Assembly (NCBI GenBank): GCA_963710605.1
Contig: CAVQBA010000004.1
Coordinates: 896,001-960,000, forward strand
Origin: an uncultured cyanobacterium
Lineage (GTDB): Bacteria > Cyanobacteriota > Cyanobacteriia > Cyanobacteriales > Cyanobacteriaceae
DNA length: 64,000 bases
Reading direction: 5' to 3'
Position 1 is the stretch's first letter. Every line of letters starts with the position of its first letter. The notes under the pieces were generated by a model, which saw only the letters and a list, made by a program, of their open reading frames with translations, was not told the origin of the DNA and ran no database searches. This document shows, piece by piece, positions 22,128 to 33,062 of this stretch. The translations under genes were made by a program, and so were the position numbers.

Positions 22128-22155
22128 GTAGAGACAAGGCATGCCTTGTCTCTAC
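22128..22155. repeat. Perfect 28-bp GTAG-type REP palindrome
   Basis: GTAGAGACAAGGCA|TGCCTTGTCTCTAC. Confidence 0.85.
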
Positions 22156-22736
22156 GAATCTAAAATTTCGGATAAATCTACAGTTAAATTAGGCATAACG
22201 TCTTCTCCTGATAGCGTTTGCGGATTATCTAATATTTCTGTCTCTTTTCCTTGACGATATATTTCCACTTGTTTATCATCGGGATTGATTAACCAACCTA
22301 ATCTCACACCGCAGTTGATGTATTCTTTCATTTTACTTTGTAAATCTTCAAGATTATCAGTCGGACTCATCAGTTCGAGGACAAAATTAGGGTCGATAGG
22401 AGCAAATTTTCTTCTCTGCTGATTGTTTAAACGATTCCAACTATCAATTTTGACCCAGCTAACATCAGGAGAACGCACAGCACCATTAGACAATTTAAAT
22501 CCACCAGAAGAATCAAAAACTTTACCTAATTTATTTTGCTTATTCCAGTTCCAAATTTGTGCCAATAAATCCGAATTTCGTTCGCTAGTCTCGCTACCAG
22601 TAGGAGGCATAATAATTAATTGTCCTGTTGAATTAGTTTCCAAACGAGCAGAAGGATTATCACGAGAAAGAAGCTCAAGCTCACGATCGCTAACTTTATC
22701 GACTAAAGAGGAAAGATTCAATGTAAGAGTAGTCAT
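22152..22736 (-). CDS. Uma2 family endonuclease
   Basis: IMPPTG, FDSSGGF, RSPDVSW, PNFVLELMSP, GVRLGWLI. Confidence 0.92.
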   Translation of the reverse strand: MTTLTLNLSSLVDKVSDRELELLSRDNPSARLETNSTGQLIIMPPTGSETSERNSDLLAQIWNWNKQNKLGKVFDSSGGFKLSNGAVRSPDVSWVKIDSWNRLNNQQRRKFAPIDPNFVLELMSPTDNLEDLQSKMKEYINCGVRLGWLINPDDKQVEIYRQGKETEILDNPQTLSGEDVMPNLTVDLSEILDS

Positions 22737-22902
22737 AGAATCATTTTAAAGATTGAAATACGGCTATTCTAACCTATATTTTTGGTAGATTGCAATCGCT
22801 TTTTGGTTTCTAGGTGAGGACTAAACTTTTCCTCAACCTTTATCTTCTATATTCTGCTAGTTAAGCAAATATCTCGCTAGTTGAGCGGAGTCGAAACTAG
22901 CC

Positions 22903-25900
22903 TTAAAGTGTAATCGGTGCGATCGGTTCTATGTCAGGATCGTTTCCGCCGATTTGAGTAGTACGTAAAACCCATACCGAAGCATTGTAGTCTAAAAAAG
23001 TTGATACGATCGTATCACTAGCTAAACGAGGTAAAAGGGTACGCCAACTACCTAAACCCGTCACAAGATTTCTTAAAGGAGCGTCTTCTAGGGTACTACC
23101 TAAATTATATTCATTTTCTTGCCAATCAGCACGAGGTGAGCCTAATGGTTGGAGTTGTTTTCTTAAAGCAGTTTGGAGTTGCCTTAATTGTTGGTAACGC
23201 TCAGCTTGTTGAGGATTATCTGATAACCACGATTGTAAAGACTCTTCATTGGTATTAATAGTAAGTTCTAAACTACGCAAACTGGCAAATAAAGCTTGAT
23301 TAGAATCTTGAGAGCAATTGTTAGCCGCTCCAACATAAGTCGCACCAGTGCCGTCACCAATGCGATAACGGGCTGTCATTACTTGTAAATGGCGTAACAT
23401 CAAATTAAGGGCAGAAGTTTTCTTCTCATTGATGTCAAAATTACCCGTGAAAGCATTTTGCTTAATTAAAATATCACAAACAGGACGAGTACCTACCCAG
23501 CCAAATTGTCGATCGCCCATATACCTCGACCAATGTAAAGTTCCTGCAACTAGTCCATCTGTATTGTGTGTATAAACTTGATGGTACTGTATTTCAAAAC
23601 GAAGTTCATCGGCTAAAGGCTCTTTAACTACTGTAGCCAAGCCATAAGCAAAATGACCGAAGAAAATAGGTGCCGCCGCCGCCGGTTCTTTTTTCTCACC
23701 ACCAATACCACCATATACGTGTAACAACAAAGCACGATCGCCTTCTTGCCATTGATTGATTGCACCAGAAACAGATTCTTCTTGGGTACTTAATAATACA
23801 GAACTAACTTGACCTTTTTGATCCAAAATATCTGACCAAGCTTCGTTACGAATGTATTCATAGGCAGACTTACGACCGAATAAAACACGATCGGGTTCTA
23901 ATCTCAAAAGCGATCGAGGTGCTAAAGATTGGACAACAAACGTCCCCGAAGCATCTTTCGCACCATAAATATACCAGCCTATTTCGTTAAGAGGAGATAG
24001 TTGAATATCATTGCTTGTAGAAGGAAAACAACCGTTGAGATCTGCCATAACACGAGGTATTTGGATACTTTCGGTTAAACCATCAAATTGCCCAGAATTA
24101 GAATTGAAATGGACAACTTCAAATCGATCGCTATTTTTTACTGGCTGGATAAACTTGATTAAAGCGTAATAACGTCCTGTAATTTGTACAGGTTGATTAC
24201 GAATGCGAAGTGTTGTTGTCTCTCTCTCAACTTCAATTTCTACCTTATTTTCTAACATCACGATAATATCATCAGTGGGATGAGAACCAGCAAGAGACTC
24301 TAAAGGATCGACTTGTTGCCAGTGATTAATCCGAGATGGATGAATTTGTCCATCGTATTTACTACTATATTGGGCATCAACACTAAAGTGAACGTCTCTT
24401 GTAACTGCTCGTACCTGATTTTGGACTCTTTGGTCATTACTCCAACGTAAATTAACAATTTGCCCGACTAAATGTTCGTAGCCAGTATCGGCGTGATGTA
24501 TTTCAAACAATACTCCTTTAACAGTCGATCGATCTTCTAGTTTAGGTAAAATCAAACGACCAATCCAGTTACCGATCGGTTTATACCAATTCTCATCGAC
24601 TGTTTGCTCAAGAGGATAGTAAGCAGGGTGGTTAAAGTCGGCTTGTTTATATCGTTCGTAGTTACTGGTTTTAGGCGTGATACTATCTTCAATTTCCTCG
24701 ACTATTCTGCCATTAAGAATATTAGTAATTACATCGATCGTTTGTTGTAAGTGGGTACGCCCGTCGGGTAAAATAGCATTAGGATCCATCAAACCATTAG
24801 GAACTTGATGCTCAACAGGACCTAAAGAAATAAAGCTAATTTTACCTTTACGTTTAGCTCGATTCCAATAAGATAAACGAAACACTTGCCAACGTCCGGG
24901 AAAGACGATCGCTCCTATTTTCTCTACTTGATCTTTTTCTCCTGCCAAATGATATAAATGCTCTAATTTGAGTAAATTATTTTTCGCACTCATCACGCCC
25001 CCCAAGGAAATGACATCGATCGGTGTTCCAATCGATCGAAGCAGATAAGGAGCCGCCGCTGTCGCCATTTCTGCCCCACCACTGTATCCAATTAGGGTTA
25101 CAGGGACACCACTACCTGCTTGATAACCTTGTCGGGTTAAACCTTTATAAAGTGTTTGAGCTAGACCTTGATTATAAATTGGACCGTAACGTTTATCCGC
25201 AGATACCGCCACAATTAAAACATTACGTAAATTAACTAAAATACCTAGTAATGCAGTCGGGTTAGCCCAACGTGTTTTGTCTGCTAGTTTCCACAGGAAT
25301 GCCAAAGGGCGGTTTTGAACGAGTGGTTTATTCAACACAGAATACATCATCAATCCTTCTACTAATTCCATATCCTCAGGTAAAATGGACTTTAATTCTT
25401 GGATAAAATCTGCTACATCGGGAGTGTATTCCTGCCCAGATTGTCCGATACCATCCAAATAAATTAGGTAACGGGAAACGGATTTATCTCTCTTTTTCGG
25501 CGATTCTGGTACGACATCTGTATCACTGGTATCAAGTTCATCGTTATACCATCCTGCCCACCAACCGAGGGTTTCTAAAGGTGCTAACAATCCGGCAAAA
25601 ATTATGGCAATTAAACCAATCCAAATAAGGTTATAAATAAGTCTTAAAAATTCGGGTACGCTATCATACCAAACGAATATATTGCTACGAATCGGTTGTA
25701 GAGAAATAGCGATCGCTACAAAAAACACGACCATAGCTAATATACTAAGTACTGTGGCAGTTTTAGAAAAGCTATTCGGCGCTCGAGAATTTTGTTTTTT
25801 AGATGAAGATAAATCGATCGGTTTATTTTGTTTGGGCGTTGTCGCAGTTGTGGAAGTAGTGGAAGTATTCGCAGTTGTCGGTTGGTTGGCTACAAATCGA

Positions 25901-26670
25901 TTAACGTTTGGCGTTTTTGGAAAGTTAGCGGATGAGGAAGAGGAGGAAGAAAAAGAAGAAGAAGAAGTCTGACTAACAGTTTGAGGTAAAGGCAAATATG
26001 TTTGTGTAGTTGTCTCCATTGGTGAGGATAATTGCTCGATACCAGATTGCAAAATTTGTAATAATTCTTGTTTGTTATCGGCTAAATCAACTTTGGCTAC
26101 TCCCTCGGCAATTTTACGCCCAAAAAGTGCGATCGGTTGCCCTATTGTATTTTCTAGTGTTTCTTTAACAAACCAACCTAAAGCAACGTAACAAAAAGCG
26201 ATCGGTGTTGATGTATCGGCAACGATCGAAAATCCTACCACCATTGCTAACAGATGCAAGACTGACAAAATAGATAAAATTGGTTTTCCCAAATAAGGTA
26301 AAGCACTCAAAAAACTAAATAGTATGGGGATATAGCTTAAGCCAAAAACTTTTAATAATGTTGTTAATGTTATCGGTTGCGGTAGAAAAAGTTGACACAT
26401 CAACCAAGTGCTAATGACGAGGAATAAAAATCCAAAGACATATAAAACTGCGTTAAGTAAAAGACTGAAAACAAAACGCACGGGCTTAACACGATTGATA
26501 AAAAGAATCACACATTCACCAATAGCTAAAGACAAACCCGCAATTAGTACAATTAGTAATGCGACAATCAAACCATTACCAACCAGATCGATTTGTTGAA
26601 AAACTTCCGCCCTCAGTTGAAATACTCCGTTGATAAATTCCTTAATTGAGAGCGAGTCGATCGTATTCAT
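22903..26670 (-). CDS. Large membrane protein: Yip1-like TM domain, alpha/beta-hydrolase-like domain, and C-terminal domain related to cyanobacterial CAAX/Abi proteins
   Basis: N-terminal multi-TM region, Ser/Thr linker, APLETLGWWAGW, GYSGG, GHFAYG, YRIGDGTG, NNCSQDS. Confidence 0.7.
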   Translation of the reverse strand: MNTIDSLSIKEFINGVFQLRAEVFQQIDLVGNGLIVALLIVLIAGLSLAIGECVILFINRVKPVRFVFSLLLNAVLYVFGFLFLVISTWLMCQLFLPQPITLTTLLKVFGLSYIPILFSFLSALPYLGKPILSILSVLHLLAMVVGFSIVADTSTPIAFCYVALGWFVKETLENTIGQPIALFGRKIAEGVAKVDLADNKQELLQILQSGIEQLSSPMETTTQTYLPLPQTVSQTSSSSFSSSSSSSANFPKTPNVNRFVANQPTTANTSTTSTTATTPKQNKPIDLSSSKKQNSRAPNSFSKTATVLSILAMVVFFVAIAISLQPIRSNIFVWYDSVPEFLRLIYNLIWIGLIAIIFAGLLAPLETLGWWAGWYNDELDTSDTDVVPESPKKRDKSVSRYLIYLDGIGQSGQEYTPDVADFIQELKSILPEDMELVEGLMMYSVLNKPLVQNRPLAFLWKLADKTRWANPTALLGILVNLRNVLIVAVSADKRYGPIYNQGLAQTLYKGLTRQGYQAGSGVPVTLIGYSGGAEMATAAAPYLLRSIGTPIDVISLGGVMSAKNNLLKLEHLYHLAGEKDQVEKIGAIVFPGRWQVFRLSYWNRAKRKGKISFISLGPVEHQVPNGLMDPNAILPDGRTHLQQTIDVITNILNGRIVEEIEDSITPKTSNYERYKQADFNHPAYYPLEQTVDENWYKPIGNWIGRLILPKLEDRSTVKGVLFEIHHADTGYEHLVGQIVNLRWSNDQRVQNQVRAVTRDVHFSVDAQYSSKYDGQIHPSRINHWQQVDPLESLAGSHPTDDIIVMLENKVEIEVERETTTLRIRNQPVQITGRYYALIKFIQPVKNSDRFEVVHFNSNSGQFDGLTESIQIPRVMADLNGCFPSTSNDIQLSPLNEIGWYIYGAKDASGTFVVQSLAPRSLLRLEPDRVLFGRKSAYEYIRNEAWSDILDQKGQVSSVLLSTQEESVSGAINQWQEGDRALLLHVYGGIGGEKKEPAAAAPIFFGHFAYGLATVVKEPLADELRFEIQYHQVYTHNTDGLVAGTLHWSRYMGDRQFGWVGTRPVCDILIKQNAFTGNFDINEKKTSALNLMLRHLQVMTARYRIGDGTGATYVGAANNCSQDSNQALFASLRSLELTINTNEESLQSWLSDNPQQAERYQQLRQLQTALRKQLQPLGSPRADWQENEYNLGSTLEDAPLRNLVTGLGSWRTLLPRLASDTIVSTFLDYNASVWVLRTTQIGGNDPDIEPIAPITL

Positions 26671-27113
26671 AGTTTTTCAGGCTTAATTGATGAAAAATTC
26701 TCTGACCATACATATTTTTACAGGAATTTAACCATAAATACAAATTATCGGATTTTGCTCTTAATCAAAAATAGTTAATTAATTTCTTAGCTAAAAAATA
26801 TCTTACTTTTTAAATAACTATTAGCTTAAAGCTATTTGAAGATGATCAAATCTGTAGTCGTAACTGATGACAATCACTTAGTCTGTAGCTTATCTTAAAC
26901 AATAATGCTATTATCCTAATAAATTTTTTTCGCTATATGATGATATAGGTAACTACTAACTACTAACAGCAGTTTTAGGTAATTTACCTAAACTATCAGG
27001 GCAAGAAGATGTGGTGAGATTAACACTTTCAACATCTTATTTAACTAGATTACTGGTTGTCTCAATTTCTGCCATGTAGCTGTAATAGTAGCAATAGAAA
27101 AATAACTACTTAT

Positions 27114-27710
27114 ATGAACAAAGAAATCAAAATTAGACTAGGGCAAGAAAAAGATTTAGACGCAGTGATGGAGATAAATAAGTTAGCTCTAAAACAACTT
27201 TGGAGTATAGATCAATATCGAAGAGAATTAAGTTTACCCAATAGTCGATTCTGGTTACTGTGCTTGAATGATAGCCAAACTAATACAGAAGAAATTGTGG
27301 GGATGGGTTGCTCTCGTGTAATTGCTTCTAATATAGAAATTCCTTTTTTTGCGATTCATCCAAATTATCAATCTAAAGGTTTTGGTCAATATTTTTTCGC
27401 TTGGTTACTTGATAGTCTTACTCATCATCAATTACGTTATACCAGATTAGAAGTTAAAGAATCAAACCAAAAAGCGATCGATTTTTATCAAAAGTTTGAT
27501 TTTCAAATTATAAATAAATCCGTTCGTAACTATAAATCTAATCAAGAAAATGGTTATCAAATGATGTCACCTTCTTTAATTAGTGATTCATTTCAACAAA
27601 ATTTGAATACTTTCCTTGAAGATTTTTCCGAAAATTTACAACAGCAAGGCTTTACTATCACTAAAAAAGTCAAAAAAACAACACCCAAACAAATGGTAGC
27701 GAATAGATAA
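27114..27710 (+). CDS. RimI-like GNAT acetyltransferase
   Basis: AIHPNYQSKGFG, LEVKESNQKAIDFYQKF. Confidence 0.8.
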   Translation: MNKEIKIRLGQEKDLDAVMEINKLALKQLWSIDQYRRELSLPNSRFWLLCLNDSQTNTEEIVGMGCSRVIASNIEIPFFAIHPNYQSKGFGQYFFAWLLDSLTHHQLRYTRLEVKESNQKAIDFYQKFDFQIINKSVRNYKSNQENGYQMMSPSLISDSFQQNLNTFLEDFSENLQQQGFTITKKVKKTTPKQMVANR

Positions 27711-27802
27711 TAATTAAGCATTAATATTTTTTATTTGTTGCTGACTACTTTGAGGCTTGATTCTTCATCTGTTTTATCTCTTGTCTTCTTACTTATTCAT
27801 TT

Positions 27803-28621
27803 ATGTTGATGGAATTTGACCGATTAACTTTTGCCTATACTTCAACTCAACCGCCAATTGTTGAGCAGTTTTCTTTACAAATGAAGACTAAACAAAGATA
27901 TGCTTTAATCGGTCACAATGGTTGTGGTAAGACGACTTTGTTACGTTTAGCTAATGGTTTGTATCAACCGAGTCAAGGAAAAATTTGTTTAGAAGAAAAA
28001 CCGCTTAAATACGATCGAGTTTCTTTAGCTAAATGGCGACAAAATATTGGCTTGGTGTTTCAAAATCCTGAACAACAATTAGTAGCGACAACTGTAGAAG
28101 AAGATTTAGCTTATGGATTATCTAATTTAGGTTTACCTCATACAGAAATTAAACAAAGAGTCGATCGAACTCTTCAAGAATTTGATTTAAGTGAGTTAGC
28201 TGATTTTCCTGTTAATTATCTTAGTTTAGGACAAAAAAAAAGATTAGCGATCGCTGATGTGATGATTATGCAACCTCTCATCTTACTCTTAGATGAACCA
28301 ACTGCATATCTTGATCCTTCACAGACTAAACAATTACATCATAAGTTAGAACAGATTTATCAACAAGGAACAACAATTTTAATAGCGACTCATAACCTAG
28401 ATTTTGTTTATAGTTGGGCAGATTGGTTATTTGTGATGAATCAAGGCAAACTAGTAATTGAAGGTACACCAGCCCAAGTATTCACACAACAAAAATTATT
28501 AAAACAACTACATTTAGATATCCCGACTATACTAAAAGTAATTCGTCAACTTAAACAGACTCAAGAGAATCTATCACAACTAAATCCTGAACAAATCAGA
28601 ACTATTTTTCGAGATTGCTAA
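27803..28621 (+). CDS. cbiO: ECF/cobalt ABC transporter ATPase (CbiO-like)
   Basis: [29 protein letters not shown]. Confidence 0.8.
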   Translation: MLMEFDRLTFAYTSTQPPIVEQFSLQMKTKQRYALIGHNGCGKTTLLRLANGLYQPSQGKICLEEKPLKYDRVSLAKWRQNIGLVFQNPEQQLVATTVEEDLAYGLSNLGLPHTEIKQRVDRTLQEFDLSELADFPVNYLSLGQKKRLAIADVMIMQPLILLLDEPTAYLDPSQTKQLHHKLEQIYQQGTTILIATHNLDFVYSWADWLFVMNQGKLVIEGTPAQVFTQQKLLKQLHLDIPTILKVIRQLKQTQENLSQLNPEQIRTIFRDC

Positions 28622-28853
28622 CAAAACGATGAGCTACTGTTTCAGGTTGAATAGCGGATAAAACAACATGATTTGAATCGGTTACTATCACCGCTCTTGT
28701 TCTTCTACCGTATGTAGCGTCGATTAATTGACCTTTATCTCTAGCATCACCAATAATACGTTTAATCGGGGCTGATTCTGGGCTAACGATTGCAATCACT
28801 CTATTTGCCGCTACGATATTACCAAAACCGATATTAATTAATTGAATATCCAT
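28602..28853 (-). CDS. remA: RemA/DUF370 family protein
   Basis: [28 protein letters not shown]. Confidence 0.9.
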   Translation of the reverse strand: MDIQLINIGFGNIVAANRVIAIVSPESAPIKRIIGDARDKGQLIDATYGRRTRAVIVTDSNHVVLSAIQPETVAHRFVSNLEK

Positions 28854-29209
28854 AGATGATGACGCTAATTAAAATCTGTTAAAACACCTCTATCTTATCT
28901 TCAAATTTTGATAATAACAATTATTTTGAGCTTATTTCAGGGAAATTTGACATTTAATCCTGATTAACTAACAAATACTCGTTTACACTCTAATATACGA
29001 TAATTATTGATTATATATTTTATTAATAATTAACAATTTATAGCGAATCAAGATAAATAGTTAAGATGAATTAGTTCGAGTACGCAATTATTCGGGGAGT
29101 ATTAAAAATACTTTTCAATGATTCACTGTTGTCTGTTCACAATTACCTGTTTTCTCATTTTCAAGATAAAATCGATTAATAATGGAAGTAATTATAAAGA
29201 TAGACAATT

Positions 29210-30082
29210 GTGGCAGTTAAACCAGAATGGCTAAGAGTGAAAGCACCTCAAATTCAAAGAGTAGGTAGCGTCAAAGATATTTTAAGAGACTTAGAATTAA
29301 ATACAGTTTGTGAAGAAGCATCTTGCCCGAATATCGGAGAATGTTTTAATGCCGGTACAGCTACATTTTTAATTATGGGGCCAGCTTGTACTCGTGCTTG
29401 TCCTTATTGTGACATTGATTTTGATAAAACACCTAGAGGATTAGATTCTACCGAGCCTTTACGTCTAGCTCAAGCCGTCAAAAGATTAAAACTAAATCAT
29501 GTAGTGATAACCTCTGTAAATCGAGATGATTTAGCCGATGGTGGTGCGAGTCAGTTTGTTGCCTGTATCAAAGAAATTCGTATCTCTTCGCCTCAAACAA
29601 CGATCGAGGTTTTAATTCCTGATTTATGTGGTAATTGGTCAGCTTTAGCTACTATTTTAGAAGCCGAACCAGAAGTCTTAAACCATAATACGGAAACTGT
29701 GCCACGATTGTACCGTAAAGTAAGACCACAAGGTAAATACGATCGTTCTTTAGAATTATTACAACAAACCAGAGCAATTTCAAGTAAAGTTTATACTAAG
29801 TCTGGCATCATGGTTGGTTTAGGGGAAACAGATGCTGAAGTGAAGGAAGTAATGGATGAGTTGAGAAAAGTAGATTGTGATATTATTACGATCGGGCAAT
29901 ATTTACAACCTTCTTCAAATCACTTATTAGTCAAAGAATTTGTCACCCCCGAACAATTTGACAGTTGGCGTCAATACGGGGAAACGATCGGCTTTTTGCA
30001 AGTAGTCTCCACACCTTTAACCCGTAGCTCATATCATGCAGAAGAAGTAAAAAAATTGATGAAACTTCATCCTCGTGATTAA
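29210..30082 (+). CDS. lipA: Lipoyl synthase
   Basis: [26 protein letters not shown]. Confidence 0.97.
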   Translation: MAVKPEWLRVKAPQIQRVGSVKDILRDLELNTVCEEASCPNIGECFNAGTATFLIMGPACTRACPYCDIDFDKTPRGLDSTEPLRLAQAVKRLKLNHVVITSVNRDDLADGGASQFVACIKEIRISSPQTTIEVLIPDLCGNWSALATILEAEPEVLNHNTETVPRLYRKVRPQGKYDRSLELLQQTRAISSKVYTKSGIMVGLGETDAEVKEVMDELRKVDCDIITIGQYLQPSSNHLLVKEFVTPEQFDSWRQYGETIGFLQVVSTPLTRSSYHAEEVKKLMKLHPRD

Positions 30083-30366
30083 AGATAAAAATATCAAGGA
30101 GGAAAAAAGAGTAACTATTGACAATCAATTTTTCTTCGTTATTCGATCGTTCGCACTTGATAGCAAAAAATGAGTAGATTAGAATATTTTGCTTTTTTTC
30201 CCTTTTTCAAAACAAAGGTTAGGGGTGGTTACAAAGTACTAAATAAACCATTAGTTGCTATATCTATTCACTGTCAATGGTGCTACACCTACTTGATTTT
30301 TAGTTAAAAAGTTTTATTTACCAATAGAATGATAATAGTAGTACAAATAACAAACGAAATTTAATA

Positions 30367-31194
30367 ATGTTTAAAAGAATATTAGCTCTTTGTTTTTCTT
30401 TAGTGTTCAGCTTCTTGTGTTTTCTGCCGAATGCCAATGCCGCAGTAACTGCGTCTAACCAATTAAGCGGTAAATATCCTGTTCAACAAGCCAGTATTGA
30501 TGATTCTGATGGGGAATACACCCTCATGTTACTCAATACTCCTGCTGGAACTAGTCCTGTTTTGAAAACCAATGATTTACAAATGGCTAGGTTAACTGAT
30601 GAAGAAGTCTCTGAAGGCGAAGAAACCTACGTTGAAATTAAAGGTAATAATGCAGTAATGCACCTCAGCGAAGATTTTCGGATTGAGTATGTCCACAACG
30701 AAACTCAAGTGGTTGAAAATCCGAATACGGGCAGACAAGAAACAGTAGTAGTTAGAAGAGAATCAAATTTTTGGACTCCTTTTGCTGGTATGATTGCCGG
30801 ACAAGCGATCGGTAATATGTTGTTTGCTCCTCGTTATTATATGCCTCCTGCTTACTCATCTGGTAGAACTTTAACCGGTGTTGGTGGTTATGGTAATACT
30901 TACAATCAAGCGGCGAGAAGTTACCGTAGTAGTCATAACGAGCCACATTCGATCGAAAAAAATCGTCGTACATTCCGTAGTACAGGTAGTCTCAAATCTA
31001 ATAGTAGAGGATTAAATAAATCTGCTAGAGGAGGAATGAAAGCAACTGGTTCGGGTTTCGGCTCAAGTAATCTTAGAACTAACGGTAACTCTAATCGTAT
31101 GAGACAATCTGCTCGTGGTAATAGTTTTGGTACAGGTTCAAGTAATTTCCGTCGCCGTGCACCAATGAGAAGAAGTTTTGGTCGTCGTCGTTAA
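30367..31194 (+). CDS. Secreted hypothetical protein with Gly/Arg/Ser-rich tail
   Basis: Signal peptide; FWTPFAG..AGQAIG motif; RRSFGRRR tail. Confidence 0.7.
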   Translation: MFKRILALCFSLVFSFLCFLPNANAAVTASNQLSGKYPVQQASIDDSDGEYTLMLLNTPAGTSPVLKTNDLQMARLTDEEVSEGEETYVEIKGNNAVMHLSEDFRIEYVHNETQVVENPNTGRQETVVVRRESNFWTPFAGMIAGQAIGNMLFAPRYYMPPAYSSGRTLTGVGGYGNTYNQAARSYRSSHNEPHSIEKNRRTFRSTGSLKSNSRGLNKSARGGMKATGSGFGSSNLRTNGNSNRMRQSARGNSFGTGSSNFRRRAPMRRSFGRRR

Positions 31195-31521
31195 GAATTA
31201 AGAGTTAATTTAATTATCAATTATTCTTTTTTCTTCTTACCTTGTATTTGAATATAGCCACTGAATCAATTTAAACAAGCTCCTCTAATTTAATCAAGTT
31301 AGTTGGGCTTGTCTTTTTATGAGCAATAAGTTTCAAGACATTATCATCAACACATTAAATCATAAAATTACTAAAAAAATAATTGTTATAGTTGTTTTAA
31401 TTAAGATTGCAACACTAACCTTGAATTGAAATTCAAGGCTAATAAATATCGTTTAATCAATTAAACTTAATGATTTAACTGTATCATTCTTGTTTTAAAT
31501 TACTATAATTATTCCTCATTA

Positions 31522-32037
31522 TTAATTATCAAGTACTTGATAACCTTGTAAATTTTCGGGATTTAACGATCGTAAAATAGTAGTTGCTTGTTTTTTAGTT
31601 GTGCCATCTCCTTTAACAATCAATAAATATTTACCTGCTTGAAGACGATTACGATAAGGTAAGACATCTCCACTGCTACCTTCGGCGAAACTAACACCAC
31701 CACCGACAAAAACACTACCCATAGCTCCACCAATAGCACCTAGAATACCACCAATAATGTGATTAAAAGGCTCACCCGCCCAACCAAAAGTATCGATCGT
31801 AGTAATAAGATCAAAAGTAAAACCGCCAAAAAAACCAAAGGGAATTAGCCAATAAGCCATCCGAATTGCATTGTTTTTCGCTTCTGTATTCGGATTAATA
31901 AAACCAAATTCATCAGCATTTTGATAACCTTCACCTAAAATTGAAATTTGCGGAGTCGGAATATTAGCTTGTTTTAACCGAGTATATGCTTCTTCTGCTT
32001 GAAGACGATCGCTTAATACGGCAATTAAATAATTCAT
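31522..32037 (-). CDS. Conserved cyanobacterial membrane protein (general stress-like, Gly-rich TM)
   Basis: MNYLIAVL..DEFG..PFGFFGG..YRNRLQAGKYL. Confidence 0.75.
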   Translation of the reverse strand: MNYLIAVLSDRLQAEEAYTRLKQANIPTPQISILGEGYQNADEFGFINPNTEAKNNAIRMAYWLIPFGFFGGFTFDLITTIDTFGWAGEPFNHIIGGILGAIGGAMGSVFVGGGVSFAEGSSGDVLPYRNRLQAGKYLLIVKGDGTTKKQATTILRSLNPENLQGYQVLDN

Positions 32038-32131
32038 TGGGAAATATCATCTCTAAAATATAATGTTAAATGCTCTTTATTGTATCCATTATCATCGATC
32101 GAGAGTTCGTGAATCAAGAATATCGTTGATT
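31940..32131. repeat. Direct repeat copy 1 (~190 bp) of 35611..35800
   Basis: Shares ggaatattagcttg..ccgagtatatgcttc..gcttgaagacgatcgcttaatac..gcaattaaataattcat..tgaatcaagaatat with copy 2. Confidence 0.85.
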
Positions 32132-32300
32132 TTTAATTTTTTGAGTCTATATCTATAGTTATGAATCAAAAATTAAAATGAAAAGACGATCAAAGAATAT
32201 AGTTAATGAAAATACAAAAGTTAATTTTTAGTCGTAACATTAGCTGGAATTACTGATTTAGCATTAAAATTATGAAAGTGAAAAGAATAAGGTATCAGCT

Positions 32301-33062
32301 TTGAGAAATTACGGACTTAATTTTATTAGTGATCTAGATTTATTCAATCATACGAAAAAGACGGTTGATAAATATCGATTTAAAATTGATTTAAAAAAGT
32401 TCAACAAAAATTTAATCGACCCGATAAAGTTAACTTTTGACTCTAAAGTTTATCGTCAAGATATTGCTACGGTTGTTGAAAATGAGATTATCCGACAAGT
32501 TGACAAGTCAAATAACAACCATATTGGTTATTTTCATCAAAATATTTTTGAGTATATAGGTGATAATTGGAGCTTACCAGCAAAAGGTTATGACATCATC
32601 AGTGAAGAGTTACATTATTATGTGGAGATGAAGAATAAGCATAACACCATGAATTCCTCTTCATCACAAAAAACTTATATGCGGATGCAAAATACATTAT
32701 TAAATAATCCTGCCGCTACTTGTTTATTAGTAGAAGTTATTGCTCAAAAAAGTCAAAATATACCTTGGAAAGTTAGCTTAGATGGAAACTTAGTTGTTAA
32801 TGATCAAATTAGAAGAGTTTCGATCGATAAATTTTATCAATTAGTAACGGGTGAAAAAACAGCATTCAAACAACTTTGTGAGAAATTACCTTTAGTTATA
32901 GATGATATTATTAGTCAAGTTGAAGAAGAAGAGCAAATAAAGACAGTTATTTGCGAATTACAACAAATTTCCCCAAATGTATTAAAAAGTTTATATTTAT
33001 TAGCTTTTAAAGAATATGAAGGTTTTGATAACTTCAATTTAGTAGAAAAAAAAAAGAGTTAG
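32301..33062 (+). CDS. Eco47II-family type II restriction endonuclease (predicted GGNCC-type)
   Basis: NLIDPIKLTFD, RQVDKSNNNHIGYFHQ, EMKNKHNTMNSSS. Confidence 0.85.
   Translation: MRNYGLNFISDLDLFNHTKKTVDKYRFKIDLKKFNKNLIDPIKLTFDSKVYRQDIATVVENEIIRQVDKSNNNHIGYFHQNIFEYIGDNWSLPAKGYDIISEELHYYVEMKNKHNTMNSSSSQKTYMRMQNTLLNNPAATCLLVEVIAQKSQNIPWKVSLDGNLVVNDQIRRVSIDKFYQLVTGEKTAFKQLCEKLPLVIDDIISQVEEEEQIKTVICELQQISPNVLKSLYLLAFKEYEGFDNFNLVEKKKS

Noticed and set aside
26671-27802. Cobalamin riboswitch upstream of cbiO
   Set aside because: No recognisable B12-box or conserved core by eye; an Rfam/Infernal scan would be needed.
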